Source: the human T2T-CHM13v2.0 reference genome, Homo sapiens. Taken from it: 64,000 nt of DNA. A program made the position numbers and the translations under genes. Under the pieces are notes generated by a model, which saw only the letters and a list, made by a program, of their open reading frames with translations, searched no databases and was not told where the DNA came from. Location of the stretch: the NCBI RefSeq assembly GCF_009914755.1, contig NC_060930.1; one strand, 5' to 3'. Positions 1-16,041 of the stretch are shown piece after piece (position 1 is the stretch's first letter; every line of letters begins with the position of its first letter).

Positions 1-427
1 GAGATTACAGAGAAAAGAAGACAGTCAAGGACTAAATTTTGAAACTTCTGAATTTACAGAGAAGGAAAAAATGCATTCTAGGAGATGGGGAAGGAGCACA
101 CAGTAAATCACATAGAAAATCAGGAATGTGTGGTGATTAAGGAAGCCGAGAGAAGATAATGTTTCATGGAAGAGGGAGTTACTGACTTTGTAAAGTACAC
201 TGAGAGGTGGAGGTAGATTAGGACAAAGAAGGAACCATCCATTTTGCCAACATGAAACTGAAACTGATTGGTGACAGTTTTTGAGAAAGAGTAGAAACTA
301 AAGCCTAACTAAAGTGGTGTGGAAAATGGAAGGTGAGGAGCTGGAGTCAGAAACCACAGACAACTCTTTTGAGAAACTTTGATGCATGGTAGCTAGAAGG
401 AGAAATGAGGTCAAAGGTGGCTTTTAA
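1..427 (-). mobile_element. L2 LINE fragment (continues at ~1940-2580)
   Basis: Purine-rich sequence resembling antisense L2 (GGAAGCCGAGAGAAGATAATGTTTC; GACAACTCTTTTGAGAAACTTTG); interrupted by an Alu and an L1MC. Confidence 0.7.
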
Positions 428-1935
<1,508 letters not shown>

Positions 1936-1939
1936 GGTT

Positions 1940-2580
1940 GACTTTTAAGATGAAAGGTAAGGATTTTGTATGATAGTGATGAGGATTTCAAAGAGAGTGA
2001 AAAATTGACTATGCAGGAATAGTGATGCTTTTAGGAACAGAGTTATTGAGAAGGAAGTGGTAATAGGTTCCAGGGCACAAGTGGAGGGGCTGTGCTTTGA
2101 TAGAAACTTGAGACACTATTCATTGTAACAGGGAAAAAGAGAGAACATGGCTCAGATTCAAATAGATTTTGATTTCGGTAGAAAATGAGGAAGTTTCTGT
2201 TTGTTTCCCTGGTGTTGTTAATGAGTGTTAGTCAAGATATTAGCTAAGAGTGAAGGGAATAAAACTGATGGAAGTTTGAAGATAGAGATGATATTAGAGA
2301 GTAGAATTCAACCTAATAGTAGAATTGCAAGGCTTTATGGATTGGCATTTGGGAAATTCGGGGGTCATAAATATAAAATGTGACAGCGTGCTTTTCTGGT
2401 GCAGATGTGGAGTAGGCAGATGTATTTGACCAACCTAGAACTGCAGTTTTGCCAGCTGACTATAATTGAGAAGAAAGTGAGCAAGAGAAATAAAAGTATT
2501 TGTCAGTGTTTTAGTGATGTAATGGTGGGCCATAAAATTAAACTGGATAAGGGAACACACAGGGGAAATGGTGTTAGCAT
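1940..2580 (-). mobile_element. L2 LINE fragment (continuation of 1-427)
   Basis: CCAGGGCACAAGTGGAGGGGCTGTGCTTTGATAGAAAC...CATTGTAACAGGG resembles antisense L2. Confidence 0.6.
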
Positions 2581-4583
2581 TATTAGTCTATTGTCATAGA
2601 AAAATATAATTGAGTTTGGTTTATGGTTTCAAATTCATTTATATAACTTAGGGATATTGCAACTGCAGCTGAGAAATGTAGAGAACTTGTAGAGCATTAT
2701 TTTGTGTTCCTTTAAATCGAGTCCACACCAGTGGTGTTGCCATCTTCTCTACGTTTTTCTTCCCTGACTTTTTCAGTTGACCTCCTACCTCTTATACATG
2801 TCTTGGTCTCTAATACCCTTTTTCTCTCATCGCCCTTCTTTTCTACCAAATCCCAATATTTCAAGACCACTTCTAAGGTGGGAACATCTGATAATTTCTT
2901 AAGCAGTTAAGCAAGCAAAAAAAAAATGTCATTACTGCTTTTGTCAGGGAAAAGGTGATTTTTAAGCTTAAGGGGTCAAAGTGAGCTTCCACAAGGTCAC
3001 TAAAATAACAAATTTGAGAATCACTGACAGCATCATTGTCAATCTTTTATCTGAAAACATTTCCTGTATCCCAATCAAGGTCAGATAAATGAAGCCAGAA
3101 AAGTAAAAATAAAACCTATTCTGTAGGAGACTCCATTAACTTATCTGAAAACAAATTGATGCAGGGATGTGGTTTAATTTTTCACTGGTCAGAGTCATTA
3201 CTTTGTGAGACATGTTTGGTCACCTTTGATGTGTCAGCTAAATGACTGTTTCTAAAATTACTTTGACCATTATTCATGAGAGTGTTAGTAATTACTCAGT
3301 GGTTAATGAAGTTGGTTTCCAGTTGATAATCGTTAGAAACTGAGCATGACCCGTTGCACAACAGCATACTGAACAGAAGTCTCAGATGTGGCTTCCCTCT
3401 GCACGGTGGACTTGGTTCTGACCTAAAAGCACTGATAACAGCTCTGAAAAGAGAACATTTTCTAAACAAGACATTCCTTGACATGCAGAAACTCTCATTT
3501 CAATGACCTACTATGATACTATGAGTATCATCCTCAAGCTCTCTCTGTGCTCCAACTAAATTGTATACAAACATGAGGGTAATTATTAGATTTACATGTG
3601 CCTCTCAACTAAATTCAAAGCCTATGGCAGGGATAGAAGATGGCTTGCCTTGGAATCCCAAAGTCTGGCCGATGCTGGACACAGAGCAGGCACTGAAATC
3701 TGAATGAGGCAGGCAAGCATCTCTCTGGTATCCAAAGTGAGTGAAGTTGGAGCAATCTTCAGCTCATATCCTTTATAATCCAGTAGCTGGTGGCCAACTC
3801 TGACCGTTTCTTTCGCCACATAGACTGGTCTATGGAGATTCATGGTGTTTTAGATGTAGAAGAGACATCGAAGTCCATCTAATCTGGCATATTCTCTTAT
3901 ATAAAGGAATAAAAATACTCTCCCAAAAGGTTAAATGAATTTCCCAATATTACACAGCTAGTGTAGCCAAGCCAATGAAGTCACTGAGTTAAATATTTAA
4001 GCAGGAAAAAATCTTTTCAATGTCTGCTTGTTGAACAGGGGGAACAAAGCTCTCAGAATCAATGTCTAAGGGTTAAAATATTAGCTTGTTGGGAAAAATA
4101 ATTAATCACTCAGTTCCCAGTCTACAGAGCAGAGCCTGAGTATCTCAGTCGTTAAATTTAAGGATAATTGGTCTCCAAACTAGTACACAACTAGTAATTC
4201 AAAATAATTTAAAAGAAATGCTGCTTTGGCACCATTATTTAAACACTTTTATTTTTTGTTGTCGTGTACTCCAAACCGCTCAAATAACAATTATACTTTA
4301 ACAGGCAAACAAAAGGTTTTTTTAATCCAATTTTTCCTGTTTCTTGATTTAAAGGGAAAAACAAAACTTTCCTATGGAATTTGTTTAAGGAGACAGAAAT
4401 GTCTATACAATTCTTAGTCCTTCTTTTGTGCTCAAAAATGTTTAATAGCTTGTGGATGAAAAATTTCAAAATTGGAGTTGCTTGGGTAAAATATTTTTAT
4501 GTTTAGCAATGAATCGTTATTGGAATTCCTCAAAACATTTCAGATTTATTGCCACAACATTAGCCAATTTTATATTATGGTAG

Positions 4584-5114
<531 letters not shown>

Positions 5115-7653
5115 TTTACCTGCATTTGGTAGAAATAAATTTAGATTCAGCAAACATTGTTTTCCTGGGGGTTGTTTGAGGAAGGGAACATATCTTGACA
5201 GGTGCTTTCTATAACATTATTTTATTTAATCACCCGAAGCCCATCTTCTCTTTATCACACACTTTTAATAAGCTGATAATTTTTATGTGAGTCTTGAGTA
5301 TGCCCTTTTACAACAGAAAAGTGGGAAGATAAGTGTTCACCTTTATGCCAATAACAAAATGTTATTATCATAAACCAGAAGCGTTCCCCAGAGGCAGTCA
5401 GTCTTAGTATATAGCTACAAACAGATATATTAGCTCAACTTTAATTCATGCAAAACTAAGATTATTGTCTTTGCTAAACTTTCTTCAAAATTCAGTTGGT
5501 CAGTTCCAAATAACTCTGTCAAGCAAGTGAATTCATTCTCTTTCCTGGAGGTACGTTTCACAGCTAACTATTCTTGGCAGACACACTGAGAATCAATGCT
5601 GCTTTAAATCAGACATTTCGTAGAAGACTTGCTACAGTTTTTCTGCTGCCAGTGTGGGGGACTGTTCTCCCGGTGTGAAATGTTTTTAAGCCAAAACCTT
5701 TTCTATTGCATTCTGTGGTATAATGTGAAGTTTCAGTAAAATGTTTATCGAAGAGCCTAAACATATCTAACCTTCTTCCTGCAGAAGGACCCAAGGTTGC
5801 TTCTAAGTAGCCTGGCTGCGTGCAGCAGCATAGAAGATGAAAAGAGCATTTCTTCCACCGGAAATGAGAACTACTGTTTAGTCTTCTTGACTTCTCTGAG
5901 TCCATAATTTATCCACACAACTCACATGTTTTAAGGAGATGAACATTTATTATTTTTTATAATTGATCCCAACTTTCCTTATGAGTCTCATCACAATGGG
6001 AAGTTAATTTAAAATTGCAATAAATGGTGTCTTGTTTTGGTTAAAAAGCTTTGGATTTGGTACAACTTTTGTCATTTCAAAATTTAAATCAGGACCAGCA
6101 CTTTTTCCTTTTTGTTCTTTCTTCTTCCGAGATGTTTCTGAGCATCAGGGAGGGAAAGTGTGAGGTTTTCAGGCATGCCAACAAGCCCGTGGGGAATCTG
6201 GTTTGACACTGGTCTGTGAGCTACAAGGCTGAAGTGTGGCCTTTCTGTGCAACCTGCTGGCATCTGCTGCTGAATCCCTCCAGCTAATATAACCCAGAGC
6301 CTCCTCTCTGTCTTCAGGGACTTTGGCCATCATCTCTTGTTTCCTGCACTCCAGATGCCCTTGGGTTTGATTCCCACTAGGACCCTCGGACAACTCCAGT
6401 TAAACCTTCAGACCCAAGACCACTTTTCTGGCAGGACCTCTAGCATGTTTCCCAGCCAGAATCTCAACTTCTTTCTAGGCCCTTCCTGGGCTACATGGGA
6501 ATCTCTAGATTACTTCCATGCTGGGCACAGTCTGTTGGTGCAAGGTTATGCCAGGTGGAGTGGCAATTGGTCCCTGATGCCAAGCAGAGAACATGGCAAA
6601 AGTTCCTCTGCTCCCAGCTTTCCACTGAGCCTATCAAACACCTATCACATCTGGAATTTGAAGCATGAATGACAGCCTCCTGACTGACTGTGTCTCACAA
6701 TCCCCAGAGCTGAAGAAGTTGACTTTATCCCCCGTTCCCCAATTCCTCTATGACAAGAACTTACAACATTCCCTCTAACTATAGCATACAATAAAACTCT
6801 ATGATATACTTGGCAAAGTCTCACTCTTAGTATGAAAATAGATGATTAAAACAATTAGAATATCATGTTCCCTTATGTTCCCTTTCTCTAAATTATGGAT
6901 TTGAAAACTAGATATTCTTGTGACTCACGAATCCTGTTTTGTATACCCAACTCTTATTACCCTTTCTTTGTTTCTCATTGTACTTCTGCTTCAAGTATCC
7001 CAGTTTTTCAAAGGCAAATGGATGATCCTGATTGATTAGAAGACAAATACAGTAAAATACAAAAAATATATATGGAGATATTCAAGAGATTATTACACTT
7101 GCATTATCAAGATAGCCCTATCTAACCTTATTTCCAGATTATACGGACAAATATGCTCTTACTAGGGTAACAAAAACTTATCTTCTCTTTAGCTCATGTC
7201 AAAAGCAGACTGAGAAGGAACTCTTTATCCAAGTTAAGTGAAGGTTGGTGTCACCACACCTCTAGTCTTTATCTAAAGTGTTAAGTCATCAGGAAGTTGA
7301 ATCACACTTAGTTTAACCTTTATTGAGTTATTGAAATGGTGCCCTTGGCTTTTATCAATAGAAAAGCCACATAAAAACTTCTTCCAATTCTCCTTCAATT
7401 ATTTTGCCCATTATATTATAGAGTTTGCTATGCAAAAAAAAAAAAAAATGAAGAATCTGATAGTAGGAAAACATCTGTAGCTTTCAAGAACTCAGCCTAC
7501 TTTTATCCTACTTTCTCCTTATCCTGTTAGACTGTATAATTTTTCCTATTTCCATTTTTGTCCTGTCATTTACATCTTTCTTTGGAAGATGTATTCATAT
7601 TATTCTGTGTATATCCTTCTTATCCACTGCAAACTCTTGACATATAGATAGGG

Positions 7654-8027
7654 TGCTGTGGTTTAAATGTCTCTTCTACAACTCATGTTGAAATGTAATT
7701 GCCATTGTGATGGTATTAAGAAGTGGCACTTTTAGAGGTGATTAGGTCATGAGGGCTTTGACCTCGTAAATGGATCAATGTTATTATCTCAGGAGTAGGT
7801 TGGCTATCACAGGAGTGGGTTCCTGATAAAAGGATAAGTTCAGCCCTCATATGCTCTGTCTTATGTTCTTGCTTCTCCTTTCTGCCTTCCACCATTGGAT
7901 GATGCTCACTAGATGCTGGCACCATGCTCTCAGACTTCCCAGCCCCTAGAAACATGAGCCAACTAAATCTCTTCTATTCATAAATCACCCAGTATTTTGC
8001 TAAAGCAGCAGAAAACAGACTAAGACA
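7654..8027 (+). mobile_element. MST-family MaLR solo LTR
   Basis: TGCTGTGGTTTAAATGT...AACAGACTAAGACA ends; GATTAGGTCATGAGGGC core; flanks ATAGGG / GTAGGG. Confidence 0.88.
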
Positions 8028-8039
8028 GTAGGGTATAAT

Positions 8040-8220
8040 TAATGTAAAATTAGTCCCCACAAAACTGTATGAGTTAGTTATTACATGTTTTACAGCTGAT
8101 AAAACTGAAATTTATGTGGTTTCATACTTTGTTGAAGTCCTAAACTAGTCCTATAATTGGTGAGGCCAGGGTAAGAATCCAACTTTCAGACTAAATCAAA
8201 TGCTCCTTCAGCTCCACCAA
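8040..8220 (-). mobile_element. MIR fragment
   Basis: TTTTACAGCTGATAAAACTGA core-like segment. Confidence 0.5.
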
Positions 8221-10009
8221 GAACATTTCCATTTTAAGACAAATTAAATCCCTATTTAATCAAGTAAACATTAGCTGTTTAATTTGTAATGTAAAAAGTA
8301 GTACTGAGAAGTGATTTTGAAAATAAAGCATTTTATATAATGTAAAACTGTCTAAACCAATGCATTAGTTAATAATAAGCTTTGATAAACACCAGAACAA
8401 AAATTTTGTCACTATTATTTTAGATGTCAATGCAATGTGCCTATTATTGAACACAAAGATGCAGAATATTTGCATATAACATTAACATAGGCAAATATTG
8501 ATGATTGTTATTATGATATTATAGATTGTTTCTAAAAAATAACGGTGAGAATAATTCTATTATGGAGAAATGCTTCTACTTCTTGACTCATCAAACAGTG
8601 TATAGTGAAAATATAATGTTAACATTGGGAAATTTCGTATTCAAAGTACAAAAAAGTAGAGATTTTTCTAAAGATGACTTGCCTTTCCCTAAAAAAAAAC
8701 TCTTTGAGTTACATGTTGCTTTATAGCCCTGCGCTAAAAAGGCACAATTTTCCTCTTTCAAGGTAATCCTACTTTTCCAATTGTGTTTGTGGAAAATGCT
8801 CCCTTTTGATTCAAGTAACTTTGCTGATTAAGGAAAACAAAACAAAAAAAGTCCCTAAACTACTGTAACTGAGTTTTTTTTAACAAATTAGTACTGTCCC
8901 TATAGACAATACAGAACCTGAAAGGAAAAGAAAGAGGAATTAAGCATATCAGTGACTGTTCCCCACGTTTTCACAGAATTCTGTTTAATCTGAGTTTTTA
9001 TTATTTACTTTGCTTCTCCTTTGAGATAATCCTGCCTTATTTGAGGTCAGACAGAAAGCATAATTTACGATGCCTGACTGCTTTAAGAAAACCAGAAGCT
9101 TCCTACATTGTTCTTTCCTGTACAATTGGCTTAAAGAAGAGGTTTTCTGGTTAGAAAGGCTTTACTTCATGTTTTACTAACAGCGCATCACTTTGACTTA
9201 ATACTATTAGGTTTCTAAAGTGACTCATTCAGATGAAAAATAAAGGTGCTGTGATTTTAAATTATCATAGAAATGTGAGTTTAAATATTAGTAATTACCT
9301 CAAACTTGCACATGACCTAGTAACCCATGTATTACATGATATACAATGCATTGCTTTTTAGATCAAACAAAAGAGAGTGTGTTATGTTTTGCACTTTAAA
9401 ATCCATTAACTGTTCTCTCTCAGGAGAATGTAGACTAAATCTCAACCTTTCTCTCTGCAGTTTATGATGGTGATAGCAGCTAGATGGGGGAAAAACAATA
9501 GGTGATGAAGTTATTTTAAAAAGGCCAGACAGAATGCTTTTTTTCCTTGTATCAGGTTTCAGTCTCCTTCATGATTTATGTGTAGCATCCATGGTTTCTG
9601 TGAAGGTATTCAGGACATCATGGGCATCAAATACATAATTAAGACATAATTGAAGGTCTTGGATTGAATGGGTGAATGTGAGCCAAGGCTTGTGGCAACA
9701 TTTATAGATTCTAGGTTAGTCAGTCTCACCCCCGGACTCTTCTTTCTACTCCATTTTTTTTCATCGTTGTTTTCCTTTTGAAAAAGCTACCTTCAGACTT
9801 TCTAAGTCTCTCTTTCTATAAAACCAGGAAGGGTTTACTTTGATTGTAATTTATGTTGATAAGGTAACACTCCTGGCCATTTGTATCTTTATTCCTTTAA
9901 GGTCTATTTTTGGAATGAAAGCCTGATCTGCTTTTCAAGATGCCCTAAGAGTTGGTGGGCAGGAAGGAGAAAGAAACTTTTCTTTGCCTCAATAATTATG
10001 CCAGACCTC

Positions 10010-10325
<316 letters not shown>

Positions 10326-10844
10326 TCATGCTAGGCCTTACACTGAGAGGATGGTTCTATTTAATCATTTAAGGTACCTAATGGAAACTGGCTCAGAAAG
10401 TCAGTGTATACCAGGTATAGATTCGTTTTCCTGTTTACTCCTCGTATTCTAATACATATTTTCTGCCTTAATAAATATTTATTGGACTGATATGAATCTT
10501 GAAGTAGCAAGGTGGGGTGGAGGATGGTTGAATACAGCAGTGTCAAAGAATAAACCAATACACGTTTATTCTCTGCCTTCATAGATAATATATAAAATCC
10601 TGTGCAGAATAGAATAGATAATGGCCAATATAATAAGTGAGAGGAATGGAGACTCAGGGGTTTTGAGAGTGTGTAGCAGGGCTTTTAGCTGAGTTTTGAG
10701 TGGACATACAAGTTGTCTCAAAGAAGTGACGAGCTGAGGCTAAGTGACTCATTTGTCATGGATCAATGTTCCTAGCCTTCAGCGATAGACGATTCCTTAC
10801 CGTCTCAACTACGCACTTCTCAACATTATGGCTGACCCTGCTGG

Positions 10845-11271
10845 GATAGTCCTGAGGACTGCTTCTATATATCCCAACTTTCCCTTCATTCTAGACAAGG
10901 AGATGAATTGTACTTTCATGCCACCTCAGAGTTAAGTTGGGCAATGTGATTCTCTTTGGCTAACAGAATGTAAGAGAAATGATATATATCATCTCTAGGC
11001 AGAACTTTTAATAACTGGCTAATGCTCTGACACATTTTTTCCTCCTTCTATCATGCCACATAGAGGGGATGCCACGTCCTGGGTCATCCTGGGTTCTGGT
11101 CTGAGGACTACAGAAAGTGGAGCAGAGCCCCCTCAGCTAGGCAATGATAGATGTGGAAGGCGAGTAAGAAATAAACCATTTTTTTTTTTTTTTTTTTTTT
11201 TTGCTTTAAGCCATCAAGATCATGAGATGGTTCACTTCCACAAGATAACCTAGACTATTCTGACTGATGCA
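10845..11271 (+). mobile_element. MLT1-family MaLR LTR (MLT1I/J-like)
   Basis: GCAGAGCCCCC...AGAAATAAACC...TTTAAGCCA...ATAACCTAGACTATTCTGACTGATGCA 3' end. Confidence 0.65.
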
Positions 11272-11439
11272 TCTGCCCACACTTCGGCTTATGTTATCTC
11301 ACATTCGCCAGCACAACGTTAACACCCAGTCAAAGCACCTTTAGGTCAAAATATGAGATTAGTTCCTGTATATGGTATTAAAATGTGGCATTATGTTTTT
11401 GAGGTTTGTATTATTTATCGACAAGGAAATATATAGCAT

Positions 11440-11813
11440 TGATATGGCTTGGCTGTGTCCCCACCCAAATCTCATTTTGACTTGTAGTTCCCATAATTCA
11501 CACATCTCATGGAGGAACCAGGTGGGAGGTAATTAAATCATGGGGGCAGTTACCTCCATGCTTCTCTCATGATAGTGAGTCAGTTCTCTTGAGATTTGAT
11601 GGTTTTATAAGGGACTTTTCCCCTTTTGCTTGGCACTTCTCCTTTCTGCCACCATGTGAAGAAGGACTGTTTGCTTCCCCTTCTGCCATGATTGTAAGTT
11701 TCCTGAGGCCTCCCCAGCCATGTTGAACTGTGAGTCAATTAAAACTCTTTCCTTTATAAATTACACAGCCTCAGGTATGTCTTTGTTTTGCAGTGCAAGA
11801 ACGAACTAATACA
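11440..11813 (+). mobile_element. THE1 solo LTR (THE1C-like)
   Basis: TGATATGGCTTGGCTGTGTCCCCACCCAAATCTC...AACTAATACA with perfect 5-bp TSD AGCAT (11435-11439 / 11814-11818). Confidence 0.95.
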
Positions 11814-12045
11814 AGCATCATAATTAAAAGCATGTAATCTTTGCCATTCTGGGTTTGAATCTTGGATCTTCTACTTATTACCTATGTAGCCCTAGTAAAG
11901 TTATTTAACTTTTCTGTTTCTCACTTTCTTCATCTTTCAAATGAATACAACGATGAGGCTACCCTGTATGTATACTATAAGGATTAAATGAGAACAGTGC
12001 CTGGCACATAGTAAGCATGATATAAAGATGAGCAATTATTATCAT
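11814..12045 (+). mobile_element. MIR (5' tip interrupted by the THE1 LTR)
   Basis: CTGGGTTTGAATC...AAGTTATTTAAC...GGATTAAATGAGAACAGTGCCTGGCACATAGTAAGC. Confidence 0.85.
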
Positions 12046-13811
12046 AATCCTAAGATTCTATGTGAAAAAATTCACCTTCTTAGCGAGTTTTGTTGCTTAC
12101 CACATTATATCTCAGAGGAAAAGTTGAAATAATCTACTTTAAATATTATTTTTTGTTTAAATCAAAACCTGAAAAATGACCAAGAGTGAGTTTATCATTA
12201 CTATAGTGCCCAGATCATTTGAAAACTTTCACCTCCTAAATGTGACTTTGCTTCCTGGAAGATGCTGCAGAGGTAGGCAGATGATTAAGGCACCAGACAT
12301 TCTAGTGAAGCCCAGCAATCTTCTAGACCCAGAGGTGATAGAAAAGCAGGAATTTCTGGGCAGGTCACCTAGGAAAAGAGGCCAAGTCCTCAGCAGTGCC
12401 CTCATCAGCCCTGATGTGAGTCACTGTCTTTGTTTCGGGGCACAGAGCAACAGTGATGTAAACAGAATGATTACTGGGGGGAAAAGTCCGAAGCAGGAGA
12501 AGTGATGCCACTGTAGGAGACCTTAGGATCCCAGATGCCTACAATACAAAAAGCCACATTTCATCCAAATCTGTAGCGAAAATAATCAGTTTTAACACAT
12601 TTCCTTCAAGCAGTTTCGTCAACATATCTATACAGTGTATATAAATATCCCACAGCCATTCATCATCTCTTTCCCATGACATTTGCAATCTCGTGTTTTA
12701 TGCAGCCAGCTATTATGTTAAACCTGGCCAATTTTGCATTTAGGCAGCATTGTGAAGTGTCATAGCATTTGATGGAATGGCAAGATTGTAAATTGCAATC
12801 TGGTCTGTGGGAAAAAATATTTTAAAAACATTAAATTTGTTTTAGTTGCTTAGCTTTCTCCCTCCCCAACCCACCACCTCAATTCTTCATATAACAAGAC
12901 TTAATGAGAGGAAGATCGCAGTGCTTAAGATGTATTGTTTTCTTTCCTTTTCTTCTTCTTCTTTTTTTTCATCTATAACTGGAAAAAGAAGAGTAGCAGA
13001 TTCACCTTCCAAGCTGGGGTGGATGGGAGACAGTCTTTGCATAATTCCATTGCATTACTTTAATGGTAAATATATCCTAAAAGAAGACCAGCCTTATACT
13101 GTGTTCGGCTGAAATAGCCCGTTTTGAAAATATACTGGGTGGCTCCTTTGCACTTGTGGACTATTAACAGTGGGAAGATCCATCTGCAGCTGTCAGCTCT
13201 CTGGATAGCAGTCAACAAATGCATGGCCATGAATTCTCTACATAAGTCAAAGCAATGCATATGGTACCTTACATTCAAGTGAACTGACTTCAATCTGGGC
13301 AGATCTCATATTTTATCTCTGTGCTGTTTTAGCGTCTGTCATTGTGGAGAAATTTACCATTAAGATTTAAGTCTCCGAAATCTGGTGCCTTTGGGAGTTT
13401 TGTGAAAGCTCAGTTCATAGTCATGTAAATGTGTAGTGACTTTTCAAGTTACTTTTGAGAATCTAGCAATCAACATAAATTCCTTTAAATTTCAGGACTT
13501 GAAAATTCATATAATACTGTGAAATAAATGCTGTATATGCTACGTCACCAAAAAGAGAAATTTACCATTGTAAAAAGAGTAAAAAGGTTTCTTCCTCCAC
13601 ACTAGTGCCATTGAGACACCATCTCATTCAAATAAAAAAATGAAGTGCAAATTCACCAGTATATTCAGACTCTCTTAGATCAACAGACTTGGCCTGCCTG
13701 CAATAGCTAAGGCATACATGTGAAACTAATTTTTTCCTGTGGTTTAGTTTATTTTTCATAGAAGAAAATAAACAGATAGTGTCAAATATTGAAAGCTTTA
13801 TCTGGCTAGAA

Positions 13812-14592
<781 letters not shown>

Positions 14593-15001
14593 AACTCAAC
14601 TCTGTACAGATTTCCAAAAAGATCTGAATACCTGGATAATTTTTGAACATTAGTATTATTTTGATTAGTTGTAAACTGAGACCTAAAACAATCGTAGCAC
14701 TAATCAAATACTTTCAAATATTTTATTTCTAATTAATTTATAGTTTAAATAAATTTGCATTCAAATGTCCGCTGCTACTGTCAGTTTACCTTTGCTTCTT
14801 TGCGCCTCTTCTCAGATTGCTTTCTTTTGGTTCAGGCTCTCCTTTTGTACTTTCCAGGACAACCCTGCTATTTCCATGTCCACAGGGTCTTTCACAATTA
14901 AATGCAATCAAGGTTGTGTTCCCTGTAAAACCAGGGTTCGTTTGCCTGGAAAGCAGCAAACAACTGTCCATGAGAATGCAGGTTTTAATTAGTAGGAGTA
15001 T

Positions 15002-15150
15002 TTGATTGTTTGTTTCTGAGATGGAGTCTCACTCTGTCACCCAGGCTAGAGTGCAGTGGTGCGATTGCGATCTCAGCTCACTCCAACCTCTGCCTCCCAG
15101 GTTCAAGCAATTCTGGATTCTCGCGCCTCAGCCTCCGGAGTAGCTGGGAG
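15002..15150 (-). mobile_element. 5'-truncated Alu (part of right arm)
   Basis: GAGATGGAGTCTCACTCTGTCACCCAGGCT...GTAGCTGGGA; flanked by GGAGTAT on both sides. Confidence 0.9.
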
Positions 15151-15451
15151 TATCTCCAAAGTGGTGTCTCCCCGAGGGAAAGTGACAGTAGGGCTTCACT
15201 GGGCAATGAAGAGGGGACAGGGTGTATCATCACATGTAGAGGAGGGGTCCCAGTGGCGGGAATGCAGCGAGTCATTATGCCAGCACATAGGTCGCATGTT
15301 ATGGTAATGATGCTATAGTTTCTCTCAGGGTGGAGACTTTAGCATGGTAATTAGGAAAGTTCACTCAGTTTCATCTATAAAGTTCCTAGGGTCTGTCAGG
15401 AGCTGCTTCAAACTAAAAAAGTAACCACATTCCACACTGGGTTTGAGGAAG

Positions 15452-16041
15452 TGACCGGTGAAGCCAGCTGGACTTCCTGGGTGGAGTGGGGACTTGGAGA
15501 ACTTTTCTGTCTAGCTAGAGGATTGTAAACACGCCAATCAGCGCTCTGTGTCTAGCTAAAGGATTGTAAATGCACCAATCAGCACTCTGTAAAAATGCAG
15601 CAATCAGCACTCTGTGTCTAGCTAAAGGATTATAAATGCACCAATCAGCACTCTGTGTCTAGTAAAGGATTATAAATGCAACAGTCAGCACTCTGTAAAA
15701 TGGACCAATCAGCACTCTATAAAATGGACCAATCAATGCTCTGTATAATGGATCAATCAGCGCTCTGTAAAATGGACCAATCAGTTGGACATGGGTGGGG
15801 ACAAATAAGAGAATAAAAGCTGGCCAACCCCCCCTCCCCCACCAGCCAGCAGGAGCAACCTGCTCGGGTCCCATTACACGGAAGCTTTGCTCTTTCACTC
15901 TTCACAATAAATCTTGCTGCTGCTTACTCTTTGTGTCCTTGCCACTTTTAAGAGCTGTAACACTCACTGCGAAGGTCTGCAGCTTCATTCTTGAAGTCAG
16001 CAAGACCAAGAACCCACCGGAGGGAACCAATCCTGGACACA
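15452..16041 (+). mobile_element. LTR12F-like (ERV9) solo LTR
   Basis: TGACCGGTGAAGCCAGCTGGACTTCCTGGG...CCTGGACACA; tandem CCAATCAGCACTCTGT units; perfect TSD GAAG (15448-15451 / 16042-16045). Confidence 0.93.
15520..15820 (+). promoter_or_regulatory. LTR12 CCAAT-box (NF-Y) array and TATA-like element
   Basis: About nine repeat units, six with intact CCAATC, followed by GAGAATAAAAGC; activity at this locus unknown. Confidence 0.6.

Noticed and set aside
6150-6760. GC-richer segment as a promoter or exon
   Set aside because: CpG-poor with no convincing splice pair; may be an ancient LTR I cannot name
15520-15790. Tandem CCAATCAGCACTCTGT repeats as a CRISPR-like or novel array
   Set aside because: This is the known LTR12 U3 repeat; there are no unique spacers
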